Positions 7,976 to 14,998 of a stretch of DNA of 32,000 bases are shown piece by piece (the first letter of the stretch is position 1; each line of letters begins with the position of its first letter). Origin of the DNA: Eikenella corrodens. GTDB taxonomy: Bacteria > Pseudomonadota > Gammaproteobacteria > Burkholderiales > Neisseriaceae. Position numbers and translations under genes: made by a program. The notes under the pieces were generated by a model. That model searched no databases. It was not told the DNA's origin and was given only the letters and a program-made list of their open reading frames with translations. Location: assembly GCF_003990355.1 (NCBI RefSeq), contig NZ_CP034670.1:535316-567315 (forward strand), read 5' to 3'.

Positions 7976-8281
7976 ATGGAAGGCTATTTGGCAGGAGGTC
8001 AATGCTTCGGCTCTGTGCAGGAAGCGTCCGATTACAAAATGTCTCAAGTGGTGCCTGCCATTACCGCAGATGGGAGCCTAAAAACTCCCGTCTATCAAAA
8101 CGGCAAGTGGTATTACGGTTCGCAGGAAGTCAAGCTGACTTTTCCGCCGTGCGATCCAGCCGCCTACGTTACAGATGGCGTCCTAATCGCTTCAGTCGCC
8201 ATATCAGTTGCCGCTTTCGCCTTCGTTATACGTTGGACAATCCGCGTATTCCAACAAGCCAATGAAAATCCCGAAAAATGA
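7976..8281 (+). CDS. Phage membrane protein (101 aa, C-terminal TM)
   Basis: The ORF follows the coat gene. TM segment VLIASVAISVAAFAFVI. Its stop overlaps the next start (ATGA at 8278-8281). Confidence 0.6.
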   Translation: MEGYLAGGQCFGSVQEASDYKMSQVVPAITADGSLKTPVYQNGKWYYGSQEVKLTFPPCDPAAYVTDGVLIASVAISVAAFAFVIRWTIRVFQQANENPEK

Positions 8282-9009
8282 GCGATCCGAACAAAATTCA
8301 GCCGCCTAAGAAGGGTATTGAAATGGTTAAAGGCGGGGGCTATCCCGCTAAAGCCGTTTCTACCAGCGTTCAGCAGCATACCGCGCCCATTCAAACCGAT
8401 ATGTATTTGATCGGAGCCGAAGCGGTTAAATGGGCATTGATTGGGCTGGCTTTTTATGCTGCTTTCCGTTTGTTTAGAAGCGCCATCATGGATGCCTTGG
8501 GCTTTAGAAAAAGCCGGAAGGAAGCCAAAGAAGCGGAAGCGTTGAATGAAAACGGATTGGAAAACTTGGATCAAGATCCAATGAGTGAAGAAGAACAAGA
8601 AACATATATTCCAAGTAGTGACCCATTAACTGAATTTGAAGGTTTGGACGGAGAAGAACCGCCGGACAATATGCCGGACAGTCCCGAAGAAGATCCGGGT
8701 TTGCAATACGATTTAGAAAATGAGCGGTGGGAAATTAATGCCAGTGCCGCTTTGCAAGAAGGTCATGAATATGGTTCGGATGAGTTTTATAGCCGTATTG
8801 CGGAATTAGAGGAAATGGATAGGTTGGTTGAAGAGTATGAACCTTCTGAATCTGACGATGAGCCGCCGGAATCCGATATGTCGTTAGATGATGAAGCTTT
8901 GGAAATAGCGGTTGCGGAATCAGATGACTGGGAAAAAGAGGCTAACTCCGGTGCGTTGGATGAGCGTGTGGAACGAATAAAACAGGAATTGCAACAGGAA
9001 AATCAATAA
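8278..9009 (+). CDS. Membrane-anchored, extremely acidic phage protein (243 aa)
   Basis: One TM segment (WALIGLAFYAAFRLF) followed by a ~170-aa D/E-rich tail. It is translationally coupled on both sides. Confidence 0.65.
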   Translation: MSDPNKIQPPKKGIEMVKGGGYPAKAVSTSVQQHTAPIQTDMYLIGAEAVKWALIGLAFYAAFRLFRSAIMDALGFRKSRKEAKEAEALNENGLENLDQDPMSEEEQETYIPSSDPLTEFEGLDGEEPPDNMPDSPEEDPGLQYDLENERWEINASAALQEGHEYGSDEFYSRIAELEEMDRLVEEYEPSESDDEPPESDMSLDDEALEIAVAESDDWEKEANSGALDERVERIKQELQQENQ

Positions 9010-9077
9010 TGCCACCTGAAATCTACTTTCTGGCCGGTTTTGCCGTAGTTATTCCAGCAGTCATCATGTTTTTATAA
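9009..9077 (+). CDS. Tiny hydrophobic peptide (22 aa, not in ORF track); possible minor coat protein
   Basis: Its ATG overlaps the preceding stop (TAATG). Translation: MPPEIYFLAGFAVVIPAVIMFL. Its size and hydrophobicity are like pVII/pIX-type proteins. Confidence 0.35.
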   Translation: MPPEIYFLAGFAVVIPAVIMFL

Positions 9078-9114
9078 AACTGCGGCCAATGTTTAAACTC
9101 AAAGGTAAACAACA

Positions 9115-10242
9115 ATGATTTCACTGATTACGGGTCTGCCCGGCATGGGCAAAACCTCCCTAATGGTCTATATGCTGCTCAATCGCAAAGATTTGCAGAA
9201 TAGGCCGGTTTATGTTGACGGCATTCCGGAGCTACAAGTCAAACATGAAGAAGTACCCGAAGGCGAAAGCATGGAAACATGGCATAAATGGGCGCCGGAT
9301 GGCTCAATCCTCGTTATTGACGAAGCCCAAAGGGTCTTTCGTCCACGCCCCGCGGGGGCGAAAGTACCCGACTATGTTCAGGCTCTTGAAACGCATCGCC
9401 ATAAGGGCATTGATATCTTTGTGCTCACGCAACATCCGCGGTTGATTGACGTCCACCTTAGAAGTTTGATTGGTGAGCACCGCAACATCAGCCGCACCAT
9501 GCTCGGCCTGCGCCGTGTCTCTTACTGGCAGCGTTGCGCCAATCCCGAAGCCAGGGCAGACGTGGCCGAAGCCAAAAATAGCATATTCATGCCGAAAAAA
9601 AGCGTGTTCGGTATGTACAAATCCGCCAGCGAACACACCAAGCTTAAAGGCTCGGTCAGCGCGTGGATTTACACCATCCCCGTTGTGATCGTCATAGTCG
9701 GCTATCTTATGTCTTACGTTTGGGCAAGCTATCAACGCAAAATCCATCCTGAACAAGCCCAGCCGCAGCAGGTACAACCTTATCAACAGCAGCCGCAAAA
9801 CTACCAGCAGCAGGCAGGCGGCCAGTATCCAGCAGCAGGCAGCTATGCCGAACAAACGGCCACCGTACAACAGCCGCCCGATAACAACCTGAAGCCTGAA
9901 GATTGGCAACCTGCCATAGACGGCCAGCCGTGGACGGCTCCTATTTACAACGGCCATAACCGCAATATCCAAACCATGCCCTACCCTGTTGCCTGCGTGC
10001 AAACTGATACAAGCTGCACCTGTTACACCGAACAGGCCACGCCTTTGGAACTGCCTGCCAAGCAATGTCAAAACTACGTGAAGAACGGCATATACAACCC
10101 CTATAAGGCGCGGCAGGAAACCGCCGACAACGTACCGCAGGGCAGTTACGGCGGCGGCAGCGGGGCAAGTGTGCTGACTTTGGACAGTCCGGCTAAATCC
10201 ACCATGGCACATGCGGAAACTAGGGGGACTATGGGGCAGTAA
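9115..10242 (+). CDS. Zot / pI-family phage assembly NTPase
   Basis: 375 aa. N-terminal Walker A (ITGLPGMGKTS), Walker B-like ILVIDEAQ, a central TM (IYTIPVVIVIVGYLMSYVW), a Q/P-rich linker and a Cys-containing C-terminal domain. Confidence 0.85.
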   Translation: MISLITGLPGMGKTSLMVYMLLNRKDLQNRPVYVDGIPELQVKHEEVPEGESMETWHKWAPDGSILVIDEAQRVFRPRPAGAKVPDYVQALETHRHKGIDIFVLTQHPRLIDVHLRSLIGEHRNISRTMLGLRRVSYWQRCANPEARADVAEAKNSIFMPKKSVFGMYKSASEHTKLKGSVSAWIYTIPVVIVIVGYLMSYVWASYQRKIHPEQAQPQQVQPYQQQPQNYQQQAGGQYPAAGSYAEQTATVQQPPDNNLKPEDWQPAIDGQPWTAPIYNGHNRNIQTMPYPVACVQTDTSCTCYTEQATPLELPAKQCQNYVKNGIYNPYKARQETADNVPQGSYGGGSGASVLTLDSPAKSTMAHAETRGTMGQ

Positions 10243-10253
10243 GGCTGCCTGAA
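10242..10253 (+). repeat. DUS variant AGGCTGCCTGAA (non-Eikenella dialect)
   Basis: It overlaps the last base of the zot-like stop codon (10240-10242) and differs from the host 12-mer at one position (A to G). Confidence 0.6.
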
Positions 10254-10268
10254 ATTTAAGGATGAATT

Positions 10269-10529
10269 ATGGCTATCTACATCATATCTGATGACCTACC
10301 CAAACCCGACAAATGGCATGGCGTGCATTATCTTAATTGTCTGCATCAACTGAACCATAACTCTGAAATTGAGTATCAGATGTTTTGCAACGTATTGAAA
10401 AAAATGTCTGACGGCAGGTTGAAAATCGAAGTGTTCGGCTATCGTTACTTTATTCGGAAGGACTCGATAAACAGGAGCTACATACGCTATGTCGATGCAG
10501 ACAGGGTAACTTGCCGCAGGCGGGGCTAG
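10269..10529 (+). CDS. Hypothetical phage protein (86 aa)
   Basis: RBS AAGGAT, AT-rich ORF. I recognise no family. Confidence 0.5.
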   Translation: MAIYIISDDLPKPDKWHGVHYLNCLHQLNHNSEIEYQMFCNVLKKMSDGRLKIEVFGYRYFIRKDSINRSYIRYVDADRVTCRRRG

Positions 10530-10619
10530 ATTAGATGCCTGACGGAATTGACTGCTTGCAGTCGATTTCGGCAGGTATCCGCCAAGCGATAGCGCGGCAG
10601 GGGTGCTACAAACGGCATG

Positions 10620-10640
10620 AGGCTACCTGAAAAGGTAGCC
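10620..10640 (+). repeat. Host-type DUS AGGCTACCTGAA with partial inverted copy (GGCTACC/GGTAGCC hairpin)
   Basis: This is the only exact Eikenella-type DUS core inside the prophage. It lies in the 175-nt non-coding gap 10530-10704. Confidence 0.75.
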
Positions 10641-10704
10641 AAACCTGCCCGGATTGGTTAAGCTGGCCTTTCGTTTATTTTATGAATGAAAGGTTGTTGC
10701 AAAC

Positions 10705-10860
10705 ATGATTTGGGCTTTATTGATTTTATTAGCTCTTTCTTATATTGCCAGCGGTAAGAAAATGACAAGCGGTTTTGGTGATAAGCTTGCTTGGGTCTTG
10801 TTGGTTCTGTTCTTGGCGGCTTTAGCCTATGGTTTTTATATGGCTAATTATGCGGAATAA
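10705..10860 (+). CDS. Small two-TM membrane protein (51 aa, not in ORF track)
   Basis: Hand translation: MIWALLILLALSYIASGKKMTSGFGDKLAWVLLVLFLAALAYGFYMANYAE. Confidence 0.4.
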   Translation: MIWALLILLALSYIASGKKMTSGFGDKLAWVLLVLFLAALAYGFYMANYAE

Positions 10861-10871
10861 GGGGGCTTTAA

Positions 10872-11144
10872 ATGGATTGGAATCAATGTTTTTTGATGCA
10901 GCCTGATGGCGGTAGTTATGCAACGAATTTTAATAATTATCTGACTTTTGTTGTGAATGGGTATAACAGTTTGGTACCGGATGGACAGCCAGATTTTTTT
11001 AAACCGGTATATTTGGGCGTAATGATGAGTCCGGCGCAGTTGGCTGTATTGCGCGCTAACCGGCATTTATTTGATGAGAGTTTTAATGATGCTTTGGAAC
11101 GGTTACAAAAGAGCTATGACAGGCTTCAAGTGGAGGTGGGTTAG
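10872..11144 (+). CDS. Hypothetical phage protein (90 aa)
   Basis: RBS AAGGGGG. It overlaps the start of the next ORF. Confidence 0.5.
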   Translation: MDWNQCFLMQPDGGSYATNFNNYLTFVVNGYNSLVPDGQPDFFKPVYLGVMMSPAQLAVLRANRHLFDESFNDALERLQKSYDRLQVEVG

Positions 11145-11430
11145 TTTATTTTCTCTGCTGAGTGTAGCGGTGCAGGTATGGGCAGATGTACCAGCTTATC
11201 CGCCGCAGAATGTACCTTCAATCCAGCGTTTGGCTGCTGCGCCGAATGGGCAATTAATGACAGGCTATAGCTCTGTTAATGGTAATTGGTCTTATGATAT
11301 GAATTCTGGTGTAGCTAAGGTTGATAGGTTTCGGAATGTCAATCGCGGTGCAGGTGGCCTAGTCGGCACCAAAACCAACCCCGTCAACCTGACCGACAAC
11401 TACGGCAACGTCGCCCGCGGCCAGATCTAA
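11071..11430 (+). CDS. Signal-peptide-bearing N-terminal fragment of the adsorption (pIII/TspB-like) protein
   Basis: The sequence ...MTGFKWRWVSLFSLLSVAVQVWA-DVP looks like a Sec signal. The ORF ends at TAA 11428-11430, in the same frame as the 11443 ORF. Confidence 0.55.
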   Translation: MMRVLMMLWNGYKRAMTGFKWRWVSLFSLLSVAVQVWADVPAYPPQNVPSIQRLAAAPNGQLMTGYSSVNGNWSYDMNSGVAKVDRFRNVNRGAGGLVGTKTNPVNLTDNYGNVARGQI

Positions 11431-11442
11431 ACACAAACCGCC

Positions 11443-12723
11443 ATGCCTGCTAACTCTAGAATAGCTCAAGGTCTCGGCTCTATTTATGTCCTGCAAATTG
11501 CCAACCAACATCTAACCAACCTCAAAGCCCAAGGCGTGTCTGAAATGTACAGCCGCGGCTTCGAAGAAGGAGACTGGGGGCAGGTTGCCAACGCCACCGC
11601 CAAGCTGTTTGACTGGACAGGCTTCGGCAGTAACGTAGCAGACAGCCTTTACGGCAATGCAGATATTCAGCAGTTAAATCAACAATTGCAACAGCAGGCT
11701 TTGGCACAGGCACAACAGCAGTTTCAAAACTATCAGGCAGTACAGCAACCACAGCGTATAGACCCTAATCAATATGCACAGTATAACGTCGTTAAGTTTT
11801 TTCAAGACAACCCTGTTAATGTGGATAGAAGCAGTTATGAAATAGTCGTTAAAACAACCCGTAAGGCAACTTATGAAGATGGTTGGTATGACATGTACGA
11901 CCATGGGCAAACATTTACGCACAATATAAATAGTACAAATGACACTTTTACCTACACCTTCCCGCCGGGCAATAGATTCGTGATGTTCGTCGTTCGTCCG
12001 GCCACCGCCCAAGACATCCGAAATTACAACCTATCCAATGCTCCCCAGTTGTCCGAAATAGTGCCCAAAGAAGCGGAAGTAGCCCGCCTGCTCGAACAGA
12101 TCCTGAACGACAACAACCGTAATCACACAGAATTAATTAATGCCCTTTGGGGCGCCGGTGTGATTGGCCCCGGCAATACTCAAAGCATGGTAACCGGCAC
12201 ACCCGGCGACAACACATTTTTAACCGAACCCTATACCCCGGCCGGCTCCAATCAAGCCCAACAAACCCAGTTTGTAGTTAATAAAGACGGCACCGTAACG
12301 CAAACCATCGTCCAGCGGCCTGATTTGGCCGCCAACACGAGCCAAGCACCGACCAGGGCAGAAGTCGGGCAAAGTCAGCAGCAGGCGCAGGACACGCGAC
12401 AAGCGAAAGAAAACAGTACTGCAGAAAAGCCCGATATTTGCGCGCAAAACCCGAATAGCTTGATGTGTGCGCCCATGGGCAATATCGATTATCAGGACCT
12501 AGTATTGCCACAGCAAAACATCAATATCGCCCTATCCCCGCTGCATATCTTTAATACAGATGCAGCCTGTCCCGCTCCTACTACGTTTAGCATAGCGGGT
12601 ACACAGCAAAGAATGAGTTATGAACCAATGTGTGATACTGCCCGCAAAGCACGCCCTTTTATTATTATGATGGCGATGACCGCCGCATTTTTGATGGTAT
12701 TCAGTGCCCTTAATCGCCGTTAG
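11443..12723 (+). CDS. TspB-like adsorption protein, C-terminal part (no signal peptide, no RBS of its own)
   Basis: 426 aa with a Q-rich linker. The C-terminal Cys-containing block (DICAQNPNSLMCAPMG...ACPAPTTF...SYEPMCDTARKARPF) plus a terminal TM anchor (IIMMAMTAAFLMVFSAL) matches what I recall of Neisseria phage TspB C-terminal domains. Confidence 0.7.
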   Translation: MPANSRIAQGLGSIYVLQIANQHLTNLKAQGVSEMYSRGFEEGDWGQVANATAKLFDWTGFGSNVADSLYGNADIQQLNQQLQQQALAQAQQQFQNYQAVQQPQRIDPNQYAQYNVVKFFQDNPVNVDRSSYEIVVKTTRKATYEDGWYDMYDHGQTFTHNINSTNDTFTYTFPPGNRFVMFVVRPATAQDIRNYNLSNAPQLSEIVPKEAEVARLLEQILNDNNRNHTELINALWGAGVIGPGNTQSMVTGTPGDNTFLTEPYTPAGSNQAQQTQFVVNKDGTVTQTIVQRPDLAANTSQAPTRAEVGQSQQQAQDTRQAKENSTAEKPDICAQNPNSLMCAPMGNIDYQDLVLPQQNINIALSPLHIFNTDAACPAPTTFSIAGTQQRMSYEPMCDTARKARPFIIMMAMTAAFLMVFSALNRR

Positions 12724-12733
12724 GCAGCCTGAA
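12722..12733 (+). repeat. DUS variant AGGCAGCCTGAA (non-Eikenella dialect)
   Basis: It overlaps the stop codon of the TspB-like gene and differs from the host 12-mer at two positions. Confidence 0.6.
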
Positions 12734-12752
12734 AAACTTGAAAGGAAGGAAT

Positions 12753-13040
12753 ATGGGCAAAACCCTAGCCGGTATGTTTACCGCAGTTTTGACTACCCTA
12801 GCAGGCAAAATCATCATGGCATTAGGCATTTCCGCTATTTCTTACACCGGCCTAAACCTGCTGCAAACCCAAATGATTAACGCCCTAACCGGCCAGCTCT
12901 CTGCTGCCCCGCTCTCCGCCGTCCAGATTATGTATATAGGCGGTCTAGGGGTGGCCCTAAACTGGATACTGGGTGCAGTAGCCTTTCTCGTTTCCTTCAA
13001 TTCGGTAGCCAAGCTCGGCAGCATCTTTCGACAGAAGTAA
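12753..13040 (+). CDS. Small polytopic membrane protein, pVI-like minor coat candidate
   Basis: A strong RBS GAAAGGAAGG precedes the ATG at 12753. 95 aa and mostly hydrophobic; it immediately follows the adsorption gene, as pVI does in other inoviruses. Confidence 0.65.
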   Translation: MGKTLAGMFTAVLTTLAGKIIMALGISAISYTGLNLLQTQMINALTGQLSAAPLSAVQIMYIGGLGVALNWILGAVAFLVSFNSVAKLGSIFRQK

Positions 13041-13088
13041 CACAGGATAGAATAGACAATCTAACTGGTTCAAAACTTGCTTAAAGCA

Positions 13089-13158
13089 TAAAGCCGCATC
13101 ACGCCTGCATTTAGCCTTGTCATTTAGACAATGGGAAAGATTGGCGGATGTGGCTTTA
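13089..13158 (+). ncRNA. Candidate bridge/seek-RNA target-binding module for the downstream IS110-family recombinase (hypothesis)
   Basis: A 16-bp stem (13089-13105 with 13143-13158; one G-U, one bulged A) closes an 11+11-nt internal loop capped by the hairpin TTGTC-ATTTA-GACAA. AATGGGAAAGAT (13130-13141) is the exact reverse complement of ATCTTTCCCATT at the right junction (14279-14290). It lies in an ORF-free 176-nt gap. No expression evidence is available. Confidence 0.3.
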
Positions 13159-13176
13159 CTTATGTCGAAAATCAAT

Positions 13177-13187
13177 ACGGTATCTTT
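13177..13187 (+). repeat. Core repeat ACGGTATCTTT, copy B (internal, 29 nt upstream of the recombinase ATG)
   Basis: Context: aatcaatACGGTATCTTTGtccacagaca. It is either a third recombination site or a donor-matching guide segment of the putative RNA. Confidence 0.55.
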
Positions 13188-13216
13188 GTCCACAGACACA
13201 ATATAAGGATTGCAAC

Positions 13217-14179
13217 ATGCAAAAAATCGCACTTGGATTAGATATATCCAAATTGACTATAGACGCATATTTTAATGGTCAAAAAGATTTTATCCGCGTT
13301 ATGAACAATAAATCCGGTATAGAAAAATTGATTGAGCGCATAAAAAACTATCAGCAACAAAGCAAGGAGATTCATGCTTGCTGCGAATACACCGGCGTTT
13401 ATTACTTACCGCTGGCCAGCTCATTGCATGATTCAGGAATCAAAATCAGCGTAATCAACCCGCTTTCTATCAAGCTATACGGGGAATACAGATTAAGACG
13501 AACAAAAACCGATAAACAGGATGCGAAACTAATTGCCGATTATTGCGAAAAAGAAAATCCGCCATTATGGAAACCGCTATCAGAAAAACGTAATACTTTA
13601 AAAGTTTTAAATAGACGTATCGAACAACTAAACGTATTACTGAACATGGAAAGCAATAGAAAAGACGTATCAGATTCGGTAATAAAGTCAGGTATAGGAA
13701 GAATAATTAACGCAATAAAAGAAGAAATAGAAAGCTGTAAAACAGCCATTCAAAACCTGATAGATTCTGACGAAGAATTAAGCCATAACCAAAATCTATT
13801 GCAAACAATCAGCGGGGTAGGAAAAACTACAGCCGCATGGCTTTTGTCCGTACTGGTTGATATAGATAAATTCGAGAACTCAAAGAAGTTAATCAGCTAT
13901 TTAGGACTATCGCCCGTAATCAAAGATTCAGGCACAAGTGTTAGACAAGCCAAAATATCCAAGATGGGCGATAAGAAAGTAAGGAAAGCGCTTTACTATC
14001 CGGCGCGGGCAGTTTGTCTAAGATCCAAACTGTGGCGGCCTTGGTTTGAACAAAAGATAAAACAGGGCAAGCACCCAAAGCAAATCTATGTCCTGATGAT
14101 GTGCAAAATCGTCAAATACGCCTATGCCGTGATTAAAACAGGTCAGCCGTTTGACGAGATGCGGCACAAACAGGCGTAA
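13217..14179 (+). CDS. IS110-family DEDD recombinase/transposase (Piv/Irg-like)
   Basis: Start taken at MQKIALGLDISK (ATG 13217, RBS AAGGA). DEDD-type N-domain (GLDISK, CCEYTGVYY, KTDKQDA) and C-terminal Transposase_20-like region (ISGVGKTTAAWLL...LGLSPVIKDSGTS). About 320 aa and AT-rich. Confidence 0.88.
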   Translation: MQKIALGLDISKLTIDAYFNGQKDFIRVMNNKSGIEKLIERIKNYQQQSKEIHACCEYTGVYYLPLASSLHDSGIKISVINPLSIKLYGEYRLRRTKTDKQDAKLIADYCEKENPPLWKPLSEKRNTLKVLNRRIEQLNVLLNMESNRKDVSDSVIKSGIGRIINAIKEEIESCKTAIQNLIDSDEELSHNQNLLQTISGVGKTTAAWLLSVLVDIDKFENSKKLISYLGLSPVIKDSGTSVRQAKISKMGDKKVRKALYYPARAVCLRSKLWRPWFEQKIKQGKHPKQIYVLMMCKIVKYAYAVIKTGQPFDEMRHKQA

Positions 14180-14273
14180 AACAGCAGTTTAAACTGTTGC
14201 AAAAAAGCGGCAGCCGATGGCTATCGCTGCATAACTGTTGCTTGCGTTTTTAAAAAGTTCTTGACTTTCGATT

Positions 14274-14284
14274 ACGGTATCTTT
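14274..14284 (+). repeat. Core repeat ACGGTATCTTT, copy C (putative attR)
   Basis: Context: ctttcgattACGGTATCTTTcccattcatgc. GC-rich host DNA and the lrgB-like stop (14303-14305) follow. Confidence 0.65.
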
Positions 14285-14302
14285 CCCATTCATGCGGCAC
14301 GC

Positions 14303-14998
14303 TCAAACGCCCAACAGCGGCACGATAATCGGGGCGAGGAAGGAGGTGAGAATGCCGTTGAAAATCAGGCCAAGGGTGGCGTAGGCGGCGAAGTGGCCGC
14401 TGATTTCCAGGCTGGCGGCAATGCCGATGGCGTGCGAGGCCGTGCCCTGCGCGATGGAGTGCGAGATGGGATTGCGGATGTGGCTGTGGTGCAGAATCCA
14501 AAAGCCGATAAATTGGCCGGTGAGCCCGGCAATCAGCACGGCGGCCACCGAAACGGCGGGGATGCCGCCCAGCACGTGGGTGATTTCCAGCGCAATCGGC
14601 ATGGTAACCGATTTGGCGGCGAGCGACTGGCTCACGTCGTGGCTGGCGCCCAGCCAGTGTGCAAACAGCACGCCGCTCACAATGCCCACCACGCTGCCCA
14701 CCAGCTGCGAGGCGGCAATCGGCAGCCATTGGCTGCGGATACGCGGCCACTGCTGATACATGGGGATGGCCAGGCACACAATGGCCGGTTGCAGCCAAAA
14801 GCCGACCATGCGGCCGGTTTGCATGAAATCGTCGTAGCGGATGCCGAAGAGTTTCAGGTAGCCGATGACCAAAACCGTGCTCACCATCAGCGGGTTGGCC
14901 AGCGGGCTGCCGCTGCGCAGGCGCAAAAACAGGCTGAAGCGGTAAACGGCGAGCATCATCAGAATCAGCACAACGGGATTGGTGGCGATTTCCCTCAT
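14303..14998 (-). CDS. LrgB/CidB (YohK) family membrane protein
   Basis: Start taken at MREIATNPVV (14998). It overlaps the upstream stop in an ATGA arrangement. About 231 aa, polytopic, with LrgB-like blocks (AKSVTMPIALEI, GTASHAIG). Confidence 0.85.
   Translation of the reverse strand: MREIATNPVVLILMMLAVYRFSLFLRLRSGSPLANPLMVSTVLVIGYLKLFGIRYDDFMQTGRMVGFWLQPAIVCLAIPMYQQWPRIRSQWLPIAASQLVGSVVGIVSGVLFAHWLGASHDVSQSLAAKSVTMPIALEITHVLGGIPAVSVAAVLIAGLTGQFIGFWILHHSHIRNPISHSIAQGTASHAIGIAASLEISGHFAAYATLGLIFNGILTSFLAPIIVPLLGV

Larger units (their letters stand above)
4922..14284 (+). mobile_element. Integrated filamentous (Inoviridae, Neisseria Nf/MDA-like) prophage with IS110-family recombinase
   Basis: All genes lie on one strand. 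They include a Rep_trans-type initiator, a 71-aa signal-peptide major coat protein, a Zot/pI-type NTPase, a TspB-like adsorption protein, a small pVI-like membrane protein and a terminal DEDD (IS110-family) recombinase. GC is lower than the flanks, with only one host-type DUS in 9.4 kb. The element is bounded by direct repeats ACGGTATCTTT (4922-4932, 14274-14284). Confidence 0.85.
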
